Source of the DNA: Chrysomallon squamiferum
Taxonomy: Eukaryota; Animalia; Mollusca
Reading direction: 5' to 3'
Assembly: GCA_012295275.1 (NCBI GenBank)
Contig: CM022666.1
Span: forward strand, 14,570,001-14,634,000
Length of the DNA stretch: 64,000 nucleotides
Part shown: piece after piece, positions 38,423-58,261 of the stretch
How positions within the stretch are numbered: position 1 is the first letter of the stretch
Layout: each line of letters opens with the position of its first letter
Program-made: the position numbers and the translations under genes
The notes under the pieces: model-generated
What the model was told of the DNA's origin: nothing
What the model saw: the letters and a program-made list of their open reading frames with translations, nothing else
Database searches by the model: none

Positions 38423-39283
38423 GTTATTGTTATTATTATTACTGATTCATTTATTTTTCTCTTTTTTTTACAGTTTCTTCCTTTCTTCCTCTTGTTCTTT
38501 TCTTTTATATAATTGGATTATACTGTTTTCATCAGTTTAAAGTAAGTAAGTAGCCATTGATATGTACACCGTTAATGATATATCCATCCATACGTAGGAA
38601 CAGATACATACACACATGCGCATATACACTACAAACACATATTCCCCATGTGTACAGCGATTCTGTGTGTAAACAGATTAGGTTGATGAAGATGATGATG
38701 ATGATTATGAGTAACATACTAATTTATTATTATTAGAAAAATCTGCGAGGATGTAGCAAGTTTGTATGAATAGACTCCTACATGCGTTACTAGGAAATTA
38801 ATCATGTATGCCTCTTCTTATTACTTTTCCAGACATTTCTATTATCACTGATTACATCCATTGCTTCAAATGGCATGGAGTAGAATTTTAGCTTGTATAA
38901 GAATAAAGTGATTTTTTGTTGAAAAAAGAAATAATAACAATAGGCACTCACATCCAGAAGTGAGTGACAAGTTAGTAACTAATGACTCTTCTCAATTTTA
39001 TGTAACATAATCCTCTAGGCAGCCATCTCTAATTGTTTCAAACATTCTTGTGACATTTTTATGACATTCTGCGACTGTACAAGTTTTTATCCTCCCAAGT
39101 TATTATTTAATTTTCTGTTACCTGACATCACTTTATAACAAGCACAACAATAAAATGAAACTGCTATAAAACATTTCAAATCAGCCATTTGAGACCACTG
39201 CACTGGTGTTGTGATGTCATCAGGTACAAGACCATAATACGTAGCGGACTGAATGTTGTAACTATATTAAAAGAAATCTTTAA

Positions 39284-39373
<90 letters not shown>

Positions 39374-39997
39374 AATAAATAAATCTTTCAACGGTTATAT
39401 TTTGCTGTCATTCTTAGCAATTAAGACTGGACACAACCACAAATACCACACAGCTTAGATGTAAACACAATATATTTAGACTTTCTCTTTCTATCACAAC
39501 AGTTCACTTCGACTGCAGAGTCCTCAACACGTTTTACAGAAAACTGTCAGTAACATCTACTTCTCATATACTGACAAGTGAGAGGAAACCGTGTGTTTAT
39601 ATCCATCAGTTTATGTTTTATTCACACACAATTACTTACCTAGACTAACAAAAAGCCACAAAAGACTGAGTGCAAAGCAACTTCCATAAATCCGATTTAT
39701 AAATTTCTTATTTTATTTATTTCATTATTTCTATCATTTTTCATTCCTTCATTCTTTCCTTTCTCTATTTTGTTACTGCTTTCTTTTCTCTTTTTTCTCT
39801 AACCTTTAATTACATTAACTGCTTCGCATGTGACAAATCACTGACTTATAAATTATCTACAACGAGTGTGAGAGATGCTCTCTATGGTAAAACCTGAAAC
39901 ATTCATATTTTTAATTTTCTTCCAGTCGTTATTTATTGTGCATGTAGTACGTGTGTGCGTATATGTTTGTACGTTTGTATGTATGTATATATATGTA

Positions 39998-40057
<60 letters not shown>

Positions 40058-40268
40058 CATGTATCTATGTGTGTATGTATGTATGTGTGTATGTATGTAT
40101 GTGTGAATGTATGTATATACGTATGTAAAAAGAAAGAAGATTAATAACAGGAATCAATAAATAGATAAATAAATAAATAAATATTTGTTATGTGATCACG
40201 TAGATCAGTACTGCAGTTATTTCCCTTAGATGACTTTCAGAAAACGCTAGACAACAGCTGCTGGCAGA

Positions 40269-40317
<49 letters not shown>

Positions 40318-41428
40318 TAAATCAATAAATAAATATCCTTTTGCTAAAACATTCGTCATTTAACTTCAATTCAAGCTAGCTTTGAAGTCGCCTACTTTTA
40401 CAAAAAACAAAGTAAAAATATGAAAGAAACAAATCAAAAGAGAAGAAAATAGAAAAACAAATGAATGAACAAAGAACAAAAACAGCTGAATAACAGAACA
40501 CAGGAAAGAGTGAGGTACTTAAAACGGAGGAAATTAGTAAACAGAAGAGAAATAAAAATATAATAATAATAAATAAAAGTAAACAAGAAAGCAAATGAAT
40601 AAAAAAAATAACACAACAAACATGTTTAGCAGTAAAAACAAAAATCATATTTAAGATATGACATTTATTATTATAATTTTTTAAATTAATAAATTTTCAG
40701 ATATAAATAACACTCATTAAATCAACAAAAATTCAAAAGCATTTTCAACAACATTTATCGATCATCTACATAAATTTCATCAATACTGCGATATAGTAAT
40801 AATATTTTATTCATATATTTTATTACATGAAATCAAAATCACCAAAACTCTAATTCATTCTAATAACAGCTATATAAATTCTAGTTTCCTTTCAATCATT
40901 ATTTAAACACAATTTTAAACAACAGTTTAAGTGGTATAAAATAAAAATATTTTTTTTGTTTCAGTTTATATGTTACACAACGTGTATTGTAATACAGTGT
41001 AATGTGTTCAAACAATTAATTTACTCTTCACAAAAACACAGGTACACAGCACATAAAGAGTTAACTAATTAACAAAGTAGACTAGATAGTCAACATGGAG
41101 TGGAGGTGTAGAGAGACACTGTAGAATGAGGATTACTTCTAATGAGATTTAAAACTGAAAATTTATAAAATGAATTACTTTCACAAATAATTTAGATAGT
41201 AAATGTAATAGACCATGTGTGTACATATCTGTGTGTGTTGGTGTCCGTGTGTCTTTGTGTACACATGTTTCTGTGTGAGTATCTTTTTTCAACGGTGTCT
41301 GTGTGTGGCTGTGTCTATGTGTTTATTTAAACATAGCACAGAGATAAACAATAACAGTTATTCACTTTACAAATTTATTTTTGTTGTTTGTTTTTAAAGT
41401 AATTACTGTTTTGTTAAATAATTTTACT

Positions 41429-42075
41429 TTATGGGCAGATTAAAGAAGAGATCAGTTTGAGCAAAGTGGAATTCTTTGATAGATCAGGCACAATTTTCAC
41501 TTTCACATCAAACAGAGCAGGACTGAAAACAGCAAACACAGGTATCAACGGTTGTGACACGTCAACATCAGTCAGTGTGTGTACAAGTGTGTTAGTGTCT
41601 GTGTTTATTAAGTGTAGTTTTTCACTCCGTCTATCTAGTACTAGTGTAAGTGATGTGCGGACTAGTGTGTTTGTTTTATAGTCACACATGGGACTATGAC
41701 ACTTACCTTCACCACAGGACCAAACAAGAAAACACATTTTACTGTGTGTTTTACAGCTTTCTAAACTAACACACCAAGCATGTTTATTTTTAGATATTAT
41801 AAATTCCTCATCACAATGACTCTCCTCACAGACTCCAATCTGAGCTGCTATGTAACCCAGTTTTGCACTTTCTAAAATGTGACAGGTTATTTCACTTTCC
41901 CAAATGTAACATTTGTCTTCTTTCAAACTTATGTCACCTGTTACTCCACACATAATGTTCATGCTCTCTTCATTTTGGTTTTCTTCTACAGATCTTTTGT
42001 TAACTAATTCCTTGTTTTCATTAATACAACACCACTTCCAATTTAGTGATTTTTCTGCAAACTTCATTCTTGTCA
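41429..42075 (-). CDS. TRIM copy C/D, last exon: SPRY/B30.2-like domain (frame intact)
   Basis: Acceptor attttcacag, phase 1. 647 nt open to TAA, ~83% aa identity to the A exon by hand alignment. Confidence 0.75.
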
Positions 42076-42340
42076 CTGTGAAAATAAAATATGCTATTAA
42101 ATATTTCACTTTTACAAACTGCACTGTCACTTTATAGAATTGTTAACATCAAATACAATTTAAAATAATGTATTTCTATATGTAATTTTTATTATATTGT
42201 TCTCTTTCAATATATACAGTGATAATTAAATATTTATTTTTCCAAAATGTTTATTGTTGTTGTTATTGTTGTCTTTATTAACATTATCATCGTGTATTTT
42301 GTTCATTATTATTCTATTAGAAATAATTAAAAAAAAAAAT

Positions 42341-42396
42341 CTGTAGATTCTTCTACACGTGCAGGTTTCAGAGCAATTTTCTTGTTTTATATAATT
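42341..42396 (-). pseudogene. Decayed linker micro-exon
   Basis: acag|aattatataaaacaagaaaattgctcTGAaacctgcacgtgtagaagaatctacaga is homologous to 19861-19938 but has an in-frame TGA and has lost the GTAAGT donor. Confidence 0.7.
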
Positions 42397-42425
42397 CTGT
42401 AATAATAATAGTAATAATAATAATG

Positions 42426-42494
<69 letters not shown>

Positions 42495-43944
42495 TTAATA
42501 ATAATAATAATAATAAAATTTATAATAACAACAGTAACAAAAAGAGCAGTAGTAGTCAAGTAATGGCGGTAGCAGTAAATAATTAAAATCAGAAGTTATA
42601 GTAGTAGTGTCTTTACAAGGATAAATAGTGGTAAAACTTTTTTATTATGTTTTAAAACTAAGAATAGAAGTGCGAGAAGTAAAAATACTGAATGACAGAA
42701 CAATTAAAATATTAACCACCTAATTAAACTGAAAACACGTTATCTAATTATCTATATAAAATCTATGAATTCAGTCAAAATTTGTGAACCTGTTAACAAT
42801 GAAAAATACCGCCTCGATGTTCGATTCTTAAAATTTGATGCAACCGAGAAACGCAAGTCGATGTTAAAAGTAGATCAACTGACGTAAAAGTTGAATCTAC
42901 CGCAATAACAATAATAATAACTTATCTTTTATTACTACTTTCATGTATATTTTCAAATTCACGTTGTAATCAATGTTAAACCATGTGCGTAGCTTGAAGC
43001 TGTTTTATACACAGAATAAAGTCTTATGCGATGACGAAGTTCGAAATGTCCACCAACATCGAATTAATATTGATGAAAAATTATTTTAAATGAAAGACAA
43101 ACCATTGTTTTCTTTCAGATAATTATTTATTTATTTATATTATTTGTATTTCATTAGCTATTGTATTAAAACCAAATGTGTATTAAACCTGCAGTGGTGT
43201 TTTTCAGATAATAGATAAAATCAATTTGTATAAAAGAACAGTTTCTACTATAGATTATCTTTATACCTCTTATCATAAGAGACAGTCATATTTTACCTGC
43301 GTGTTTCATTCACAGGAGTCCGTTACGTTTATAAGTACGTAACGACTTTGTAGTATATTTTGAAATGAGAAAACGGTTAATGATCACCGAAATTATGCCG
43401 CTTCAGTCGACGATCTATGAATTGTATGTTATGCAAGACCACCAGCCTGATGCGATCATTACAAAACAATTATATTTTCATCTGAACCTATGAGCAATAT
43501 TTACTAACAGCAACAAACAAAAAAAAAAATAAACAGTAAACACACGGAAGAGAAATATTTGTGTTTAGTTGTAACATAAGTATCACAGTTTGAAGTATTT
43601 ACTTTCATATAGTTTATTCAGTAACCAGTATCCTGAATAAACAGACCGGAATATTTTCAATGGGCGTCTTTGGTGGCTTAAACATTTTTCACAGTAGATG
43701 TATGCAGTATTATGCTGTAAGCGTTTGCAAAGTCAGGCTCAACTGATATGGATTACACTTCACTGGTAAATACTAAAACAAAATTACAGGTTTTAAAACC
43801 TTCTGACAGTATTAATATTTGTAATAAACAGAATCTCCAGACAAATATCTTTATTAACTGTTTTTATTTTACTACTGCTACTATTTGTTTAATTTAATTT
43901 AATTTCATCATCGTCATGATAATCACCATCATTAAATTTTATAC

Positions 43945-43978
43945 CTGTGTCTACCACCTTGAAAATTACGCCATCATA
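43945..43978 (-). pseudogene. Relic 3' end of the RBCC exon of a fourth, more diverged TRIM paralogue
   Basis: Reads YDGVIFKVVDT|GTATAA versus YDGIIFKEDDT|GTATGA in A. It is followed by a diverged second copy of the intron start (43621-43660 versus 44331-44370). Confidence 0.75.
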
Positions 43979-44642
43979 AAAAATAGTTTTTTTTCATTTT
44001 CTACTGCGTTAAAGCCAAAATTGTATAACACATTAGGAAACCTGTAACAGTTATTATTAAAGATCGTATTTATATCTCTTACATTTAGTACCATTCTTTT
44101 ACTGGTAGGTGTCCGTTATTCATCTCATTTGATATTCACAATACAGACCTGTTTTATAATTTCAAAGATATTTAAAGAAAAAGTTCATAGAACAACTATA
44201 TTTCCGATCATCACGAGAATATTGCCGCATCAGTCAACGACTCAGTGTGTATCACGCATGCGCACCGGTTGAATTTTGTTATCATGTCGGTATGACAGTT
44301 TGAACTGTTTTCTTTCAGACCGTTTAATAAGTAACCAGTACACTGAATAAACAGACCGGAATATTTTCAGTGAATTTCTTCTAACACATTATCTAAAGTC
44401 ATTGCGTTTTTGGCGTCTGAAACATAAGCGATTGCAATGTCAGTCTAAAAATAGATGTATTATACATGATGTTGCGGGGAAATACCAAAAACAAAATTTC
44501 ACGTTCCGATATTCTCTAACAATATATATTTTTTAATAAAAATAATCTGCAGGAAAATATTATCTACGAAACAAAACGAATTCGTTTCGGTCAGATCCAA
44601 TAGCTTCACATTTATTATCATCATTATCATTAAAGTTCTTAC

Positions 44643-45758
44643 CTGTATCATCCTCAGTGAAAATTATGCCATCATACAAAGTAACACTTCTCTCCAACAC
44701 TTTGTTGACTTGTTGAAACGTGTCGTACAAGGTGATTTGCTGCATGGGAACATCAACCAGCTGTAGACTTTCAGTTAGAGACTGAATCCTTTGTTCTAGA
44801 GATTCACACATCTGCAGAAACTCTCCACCTCGTGCAAACTGCATCGCCTGTTGACAGTACAGAACATGATCGTTCTTTTCACTTTGTGACTCGGCAATCA
44901 CTTTTATCTGTTCATCTCGCACAGCTTTCTGTTTGGCTATATTTGAAGCAACATCTTGTTTCATCTGATCCTTTCTCTCTGATAATTTTGCTATGAATGT
45001 AACGTACGAATCATCAATTGTTTTCAAGAGATGTGCTTCGTGTGTATCCAGTGTTGTGTTTTCTTGCTTCAGTTTTATGCTGTGTTGTTCTGAAACGTGT
45101 TTTGAGGCTTGTAACTTGTTTAATTCTGTTCTGATGAAATGTTTCTTCTCTTCGTGAATGTCGTCAAGGTTACAAATGTCGTGATCTCTGTGAGAAACAT
45201 GAACACAAGAAGAACAGAGAGCTGACCAACACTGTTTACAAAACAGATCAAGTTTCATATTGTCATGAAATTTACACATCTCTTTCTGCTGAAGAAAATA
45301 TTCATCTGCAGTCATCTGACACAGCTCTGTTAAAGGAATCATTTTATGTCGCTTTAGGACTGGAATTTGCTTGTGAATCCGTAAACATTCATCACAAAAG
45401 TACTTGTCACAATCCTGGCACCAGTGTGTTGCTTTAGACTGTTTTTCACAGAATTGACACAATAACTGTTCAGGCTTCTTCTTCATGTTCAAATACTCCA
45501 CTAAATTACTTAAAATTCTGTTTCGCTCAAACGACTCTTCTATGGAATTGTTAACAGGCCACTTTTTCTACAACTAGGACATTCAAGTTCATGTTGTGAA
45601 TTGTTCCAGATATCAAAGAGACACTTTGTACAGAAAGTGTGATAACACGGCAGTATACGTGGACATTTATCTTCCTCATCAAACGATTCCTCACATATAC
45701 TACAAGTAGCAAACTCTTCTTTTAGCTCTGTAAGTGGTACAACCGCTTTTTCAGCCAT
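44643..45758 (-). pseudogene. TRIM copy C RBCC exon with a 1-bp deletion immediately after the RING
   Basis: 1116 nt versus 1117 nt in A and B. gccac-tttttctaca (~45558-45572) versus gccacgtttttctaca in B. This splits the exon into ORFs 45540-45998 and 44560-45501. Donor ACAG|GTAAGA is retained. Confidence 0.8.
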
Positions 45759-45834
45759 CTTACAACAGCGTCTCTGTTTATGAGTGTGCTGATCCCACTG
45801 TAAAATTAAAATCATTATTGCTGATATTGATTTG

Positions 45835-45912
<78 letters not shown>

Positions 45913-47508
45913 TTATTATTATTATTAATATTATTATTAATATTTACTGAGGAAGCATTTAAGAACTGAAGAAACCGATTTCCTTTTATAATTAGCACTG
46001 ATTCCTTTGCTGGATAACAATAACAGTAAGAATAAGAGAGAAATAAATAAATGGACTAACAACGATATCAACGATAACGATGAGAAAAGAAAATTAAGTA
46101 TCGTGTTTCTGAAAAATAGTTATAGCTTTACTACATCATAAAAACTTGTTTTTTATTCCATATTTGTATTTTCTTATTTATATATTTATTAACTTATTTA
46201 TTTATTTATTTATTTTTTTTATTTTTATTTTTTTTTTTTTTTCGATTTATATAAATTTCACAAAACTTTAAATTTATGATTCCTTTGTCTAGGATGTAAG
46301 ACCAAATTAATATTTTCTTTTATATCCACGAGTTACCAGTTATCAAAATTTGATGAATCAAACAATATTTTCATAGTTAACAAATTTCGAACGTTTATGA
46401 GGTGAAAATCAGAACTTCCTTCTTCGTTATCATAACACCAAGTAAAGAAAAAAGTTAGATAAAGAAAAGAACAAAGAATATCATTACAACAATTTGATAA
46501 GGAGTAAAACAATTTCGACAACGACGGACACAAATACGGAACGTGTTCAATCACAGATCGGAGACAAAACTGTGAGACAGGTCGCGAGATCGCCCCTCAT
46601 TACACGAAGAATCAGACTTTTTCTCTTTACTGGTTTACGAAAGAAGTATGTATTTTCGTGTTTATGGGAAAGCGCATATAAAATATATATTACTGCTAGT
46701 AAGAGTAGTTTTTGTTGTAACGACAACTACTTTATTTCCTTACTTGAATAAAAACAGCTTAACAGAAATCAGTGTAAGTTTACAAAATTTTAATTAATGT
46801 GACGCATGACAATAACAATAATAATAACAAATTTTACAACAACAATAATAATAGCAATGATTTCAATAACAACTAAAACAACAATACTACAATACTAGTA
46901 GTAATAGTAGAAACAATAATATAACAATAAGAACTTTATTTTATCTGTCGGAAGACGTATATAAAACGTATCTTATTTCTAATAGTAGACTTTACAGTAA
47001 AGACAACGACTTTCATTTCCTACATTACTAAACACAATATAACAGAAATCAGAGTAAATCTACAAACCTGCATTAATATGATGCTAATAATAAAGTAAAA
47101 TCATCGTCATGTTTAACAACTGCTACAACTACAACAGCCACAATAATAATATAAAGAAAAAAAAATAGTGATCTTACCTAAGTCAAAATTCAGTGTTGTT
47201 TTAAGATAAAGTTGATAGTTATTTTCTTTTAAGCTTCAACTCAGATTCGATCCTTCGTCCTTTTTATATCAGTCCTGCAGAAACAGTCACACACTGCAGA
47301 AATAGTCCCGAACTGCAGACACCTCAAATCTCCTTATACGGCTTGATTTAACCACTGCGGTAATATTACTACGCCGTGGAACGACTGTCTTTTAAAGAGG
47401 GTCGTAACAACCTTTTGGAGAGAGGAGGCCAGACATTTATGCAGTGTTTTGGGGGAGGGCCAAGATATCAAATGTATCACACACACACACACACATAAAA
47501 ACACATAT

Positions 47509-47550
<42 letters not shown>

Positions 47551-47557
47551 ACACATA

Positions 47558-47608
47558 AAATCTCTTGTGGGTTGGATGTGGCCCGTGGACCAAAGTCTTC
47601 CGACCCTT
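47558..47608 (-). mobile_element. hAT-Charlie-like MITE terminus (CpG-decayed relic)
   Basis: tctcttgtgggttggatgtggcccgtggaccaaagtcttccgaccct. Confidence 0.55.
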
Positions 47609-48349
47609 TTTTATCATATACCTCCCTTGCTATAAAGACGTGTCTTTACCTGTGTTTGTATGTAACCAATGATCACTGCTTATTTAGATTGTGAAACTTG
47701 AGTGAGTCATCGTAGACTGAACTTTGTCACTTCTAGACAGAGCCGCATTATGAAACTTCAAGTGGTGTATACTGTTTTTGGTTTTACTACGACCGTATTT
47801 TATTTTCTCTTTTTTTTTTTTCCTTTTCTTTCCTACTTTTCATATTTATATTTATTCATTCAGTTTAATTTTTTATTTATTTATTTTTATTTATTTATAT
47901 ATTTACTTTTAAATGGATAAATAAATACACATATAAACGCACAAACAGATACTAATATTAAATAATTTAATATGTTGATTTCTCCTTTTTTGATTATTAA
48001 ACCGACACTGAAGTCTTGATTGTTTTGTTCTTAAGTTTAACATGCATCGGTCAAACGAATATTTCTTTATGATGTAACCATGGCGATGATCTTTCCTCTT
48101 GACTTTGATGTAAGTATAGTCATACATCGATTAACCACGAAGAAACATGAATTATAACGTTTCTTTCAATCAAACGAGATGCATATAGGTCTAACAACAT
48201 CTAAAACTAAATTTTAAAATTTGTTCACACTATTATTCTAAGAAGAATGTTTCAAAACTCTCTGTCAGACACAACTGCACACACACAAACATCCACATAT
48301 ACTTGTTTCTTTTCTTTGTGATGTTAAAGATTAGTTATACTGCGGTCTA

Positions 48350-54365
<6,016 letters not shown>

Positions 54366-54499
54366 GAATAATAATATTGTCTTTGAAATAAAGTTATCCC
54401 ATCGAATGCTTTGTTCATATAACAAGTAGGCAGTTGTTTCAACAGACAGAAAGTGAAACCTAATCTTGATACTAATCCAAATAAATGGATATATATATA

Positions 54500-54535
<36 letters not shown>

Positions 54536-55259
54536 AAAAGGTAAAGCTATATCTTTGCAATAATCCTTTTTCTCGCGACCATGAAAAACAAATATTCATA
54601 TTGACACATCTATCAATCATAATATTAATAGACAGAATAGCTAATGGCAATGGTTAACATCAGTTTTTATTTTGGAAGAGTGGGATGACACCTGGAACTG
54701 CACGTCACAATTATGTTCACAGTGACTTGTTTGACTTTGTTCCAGCACAGTTACCCTGAATCAAACATTGTTCTCAACACGTGGATTTGTTCTGAACTGC
54801 TTGTTTCTCAATGCAGACATCATGAGTTGAATACAGATCAGTAGCGCATACTTCAGAATATTTTACTTTCAGAATTCCACCCTTGACAGTTACTATATAT
54901 ATATCTCACTGTCACTGCATTCAGTCACAAAAACAGATAGTAATCATGAGGGATTTTTTTAAATTTATTTTTCGTTTTTCTTTATCCATTTTTAATTTTT
55001 AATTTTATTTTATTTATTTATTATTATTATTAATATTATTAATATTTTTTTTTTTTTTTTTGACGTTTGTGAACTTCGCGGTTTTTTTTTTCGTTTTTTG
55101 TTTTCGGTTCAGAGACTCTTTTGTTGTCATTGTAAACCTGAACAAAGTTTCTTTAAACATGCTTTCAACATCCGTCTTGCTAGACATATCAATTCGTCAG
55201 AAAGGGATAGTACTCTGTTACTTAACATATTTATCTGCTTCACAGACGAGTTACCTCAC

Positions 55260-56524
55260 TTGAAGTCTCTCATAATCCAGCTGAGGCTCCAACTCTCGAA
55301 TTGTACTGAAAACAAACACACTGATTTTACATGAAGAAACACAAACAAGTTGTTAACAATCCACTCTGAACACCTGTAATGTACTCTCACAGAGAATCAG
55401 ACTCTAATGTGTACTTTGATAATGTGAAATAGGATATTTCTTTTTAGTTTCAGCAGCAAGGAATCTTTTATGCACTCTCTCTCCTGAAGAAAGCACGGAA
55501 CATACCAAAGTACCTATGTGTGGAGCAGAGGTAGGAATGTGAGATAGCTCCATGATTACACTGAGGTGTATTGATCTTGTCAGTCTCAGCTGTACTCAGT
55601 GACCTAACTGGGAAGGAGTAGTTCAACAAACTTGGTCTTTTTTAAAGTGTAGAAGTGAGAGCTTGTGTGAATGATCCACTAAAACAATTTACACATCTAT
55701 AACACTGCTGTTTTACCCTTTAAAATGTTATTGTTTTGAATGACCAATTCTTTATTTATTTATTTACTTATTTATGTACTATTCATTCATTCATTCATTT
55801 ATTTCCGAACTTACTAGTCTTGGTCTCGCATGCCTTTGATTCGTGTTCTGTCCTCCAGAAGTTGCCCTCCAAGTTGTGTAGAATTGTGACCTGAAAATAT
55901 ATTAGCAAAATTTACCTTTGAGAAAACTAGGAAATAATAAATAATAATCTTCATATTTAAAGTTATGGTTTGCTTGTCTGACTAATTTATGTCTTTTTTT
56001 TTTTTTCATTTTTTATTTCTTTTTGTTATTTATCAACCCTCTTCTTAGTCCAACATGAAAATATTTTTTATTAAAATTTCTGCTGATAAAACTAACAAAC
56101 TGCGTAAATATAATCTCCATATATAAAATCATGTTTTGTTTTTCTGATGTGAATTAATTTCATTTAAATTTATTTCTGATTATTATTATTGTTAATTTTA
56201 GTATAAATATTATTATTACTTAAAATGTAACACAAAAATACAATCATAAGGTTAGTAACTTTAACATTCACGTAAAGGGAAGTTACTCCATGTTTAACTT
56301 TACCTTTGGCACTTTTTGTTGTTGTTTCTCATTTTGTGACTGGTATCATCATCATCACTGTCATCTACTTCATCTTTAACTGCTTCTGTGTCTTATTCTG
56401 AGAAAAAACACTTTTATTTTACTAAAATCTACAAGTTAAAATTAATAAGCAATAGTACAGATATCTGACAAAGCTAATATCACTAGATGGATGATATGAA
56501 TATTCGTCATACTGCTGAAAATAA

Positions 56525-56555
<31 letters not shown>

Positions 56556-56924
56556 ACACACACACACACACACACAAATATATCAAAAATTAAAAAAGAA
56601 ACATATATAATCTGACACAATGAAAATCAAAATAACTAAAAACAATAAAATATTGATAATCATCCATATCAACAACAACAACAACAACAACAGCAAACAT
56701 ATGAAAAAATCTCTATTCTAAAATCATTCATATGAACTATTGATATATAAAACAGTTTCTGTGTAAAAAGAAAGCTGCTACTATCACAGACATACCTGGA
56801 TCTCCACCCAGCAACTTAACACAGGCGAGATCCTGTTGTGTTTCTCCTGTCTCATTTAGTGTCTGCATGTCAGCACTCATCTCAGTGAGCCACTACTAGA
56901 TCTGCATATGTCCTTGACCAGCTG
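55260..56924 (-). pseudogene. ANKRD42: Unprocessed ANKRD42-like (ankyrin repeat plus coiled coil) pseudogene fragment, 4 exons
   Basis: AG/GT-bounded exons 56924-56796 (AAGQGHMQI**WLTEMSADMQTLNETGETQQDLACVKLLGGDP), 56397-56304 (acidic, stop plus frameshift) and 55890-55815 (HNSTQLGGQLLED); the last piece 55305-~55260 (TIRELEPQLDYERL) has only an acceptor. Order and motifs match my recollection of the ANKRD42 C-terminus (AAGQGH..LQWL..MGAD; NY.HLGG..EED; TIKELQGQLEYERL). Not database-verified. Confidence 0.7.
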
Positions 56925-58261
56925 CTGAAAACATCATAAAACAATTAATATTGGTGGAGTTGTGCCATACATTTTCTGTACACCAATCATGAAACTGCTC
57001 TCCACCTACAAACAAATTATAATATACCCAACACTGAACTACAGAACATCCACCACTAAACTACAACACATCCATCATAAACAGTGTGAGAATGTCCAAA
57101 TTCAGTGGACACAGCAAAATAAAATCAGATTTTCTCTGTGATGGTTCAGTTCTGTGATATTCATTGAGTAATTCATTTAATGAAACATGAAATTCTGTGG
57201 TAACAGATGAATAACAAATAAATAATGATATGCTTGGATAATACTGTAAAAAAAAAAAAAAGTATCTGTTAAATATCTTAAAATATTACATTTTAGAGAA
57301 TTCTTCAACAATTTGTCTATTTCTTGAATACAGTGATCTGACATGTTAACTCATTTTCATAAATATTAAATGATTATCAACTTGCTGATTAAACCATACA
57401 TCTCCAACTACTATAGAAAACAATAAATGTTTTACATCTAACTTTGAAACAGACAGGAAAGGACATACCAAACTTCTTCAGTCATGCATGCAATATATAC
57501 AGTATCCAAGTTTGTAGAAATTTCAAAATAAAAATAAAAACAAGACACATCCTGTAAAAAGGACATTTAGTTAATTATATTAAGTGGTTTTGCTAAATGA
57601 GTGAAATATATTCCGGTAAAATTATACTGGAGAAGTCAATCACAGGAAAATGTTTTATTCTATTATAAATAAATAAATAAATAAATAAATAAATTATATA
57701 AACTCAACTGAAATAAATGAATAAATAAAAAAATATATATCAGATCAAATCAGTTAAGCTAAAACAGATGACCAGGTTGAAAATAAATAAATAATAAATA
57801 ATAAAATAAAAATATGTAAACAAAATAAATCCTAAAAGACTGTGTATATCACTGTACTGTATCTACAGCCTCAGTGTGTCAAAATGTGTAAACAATCATG
57901 TAATCAAACATTTTCAGCTTCATTAGTTTTTTAGTTTATTATCATACTTTATTAACAAAAAATAATAAGAAGAAATAAAATAAAATAATGGAAAATCAAT
58001 AAACTTGAAGCATATAAAATATTTTAACTATTATCACAAAAAAGAGAAATAGACTTTAAATGAAAATGTGGCTCTAATGTCAGTTTTACTTTGGTGTAAG
58101 GAACAAGCTAATTTCTGCATATTCAGAAGCAGAGCTATTTTGTGAATCAGTGAACAAAGAAAAAGACAAAGAAAGAAAGAAGACAGCAAATTCATCTATC
58201 ATCTTCACACAACAAGATATTTGTCTGTTGTGTGCTGTGAAACTTTCAGATTTTTCTTTAC

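Noticed and set aside
55454-55530. Plus-strand exon-like segment (tttcag|...gag|gtagga)
   Set aside because: Open for 26 codons, but with no recognisable homology or partner exons.
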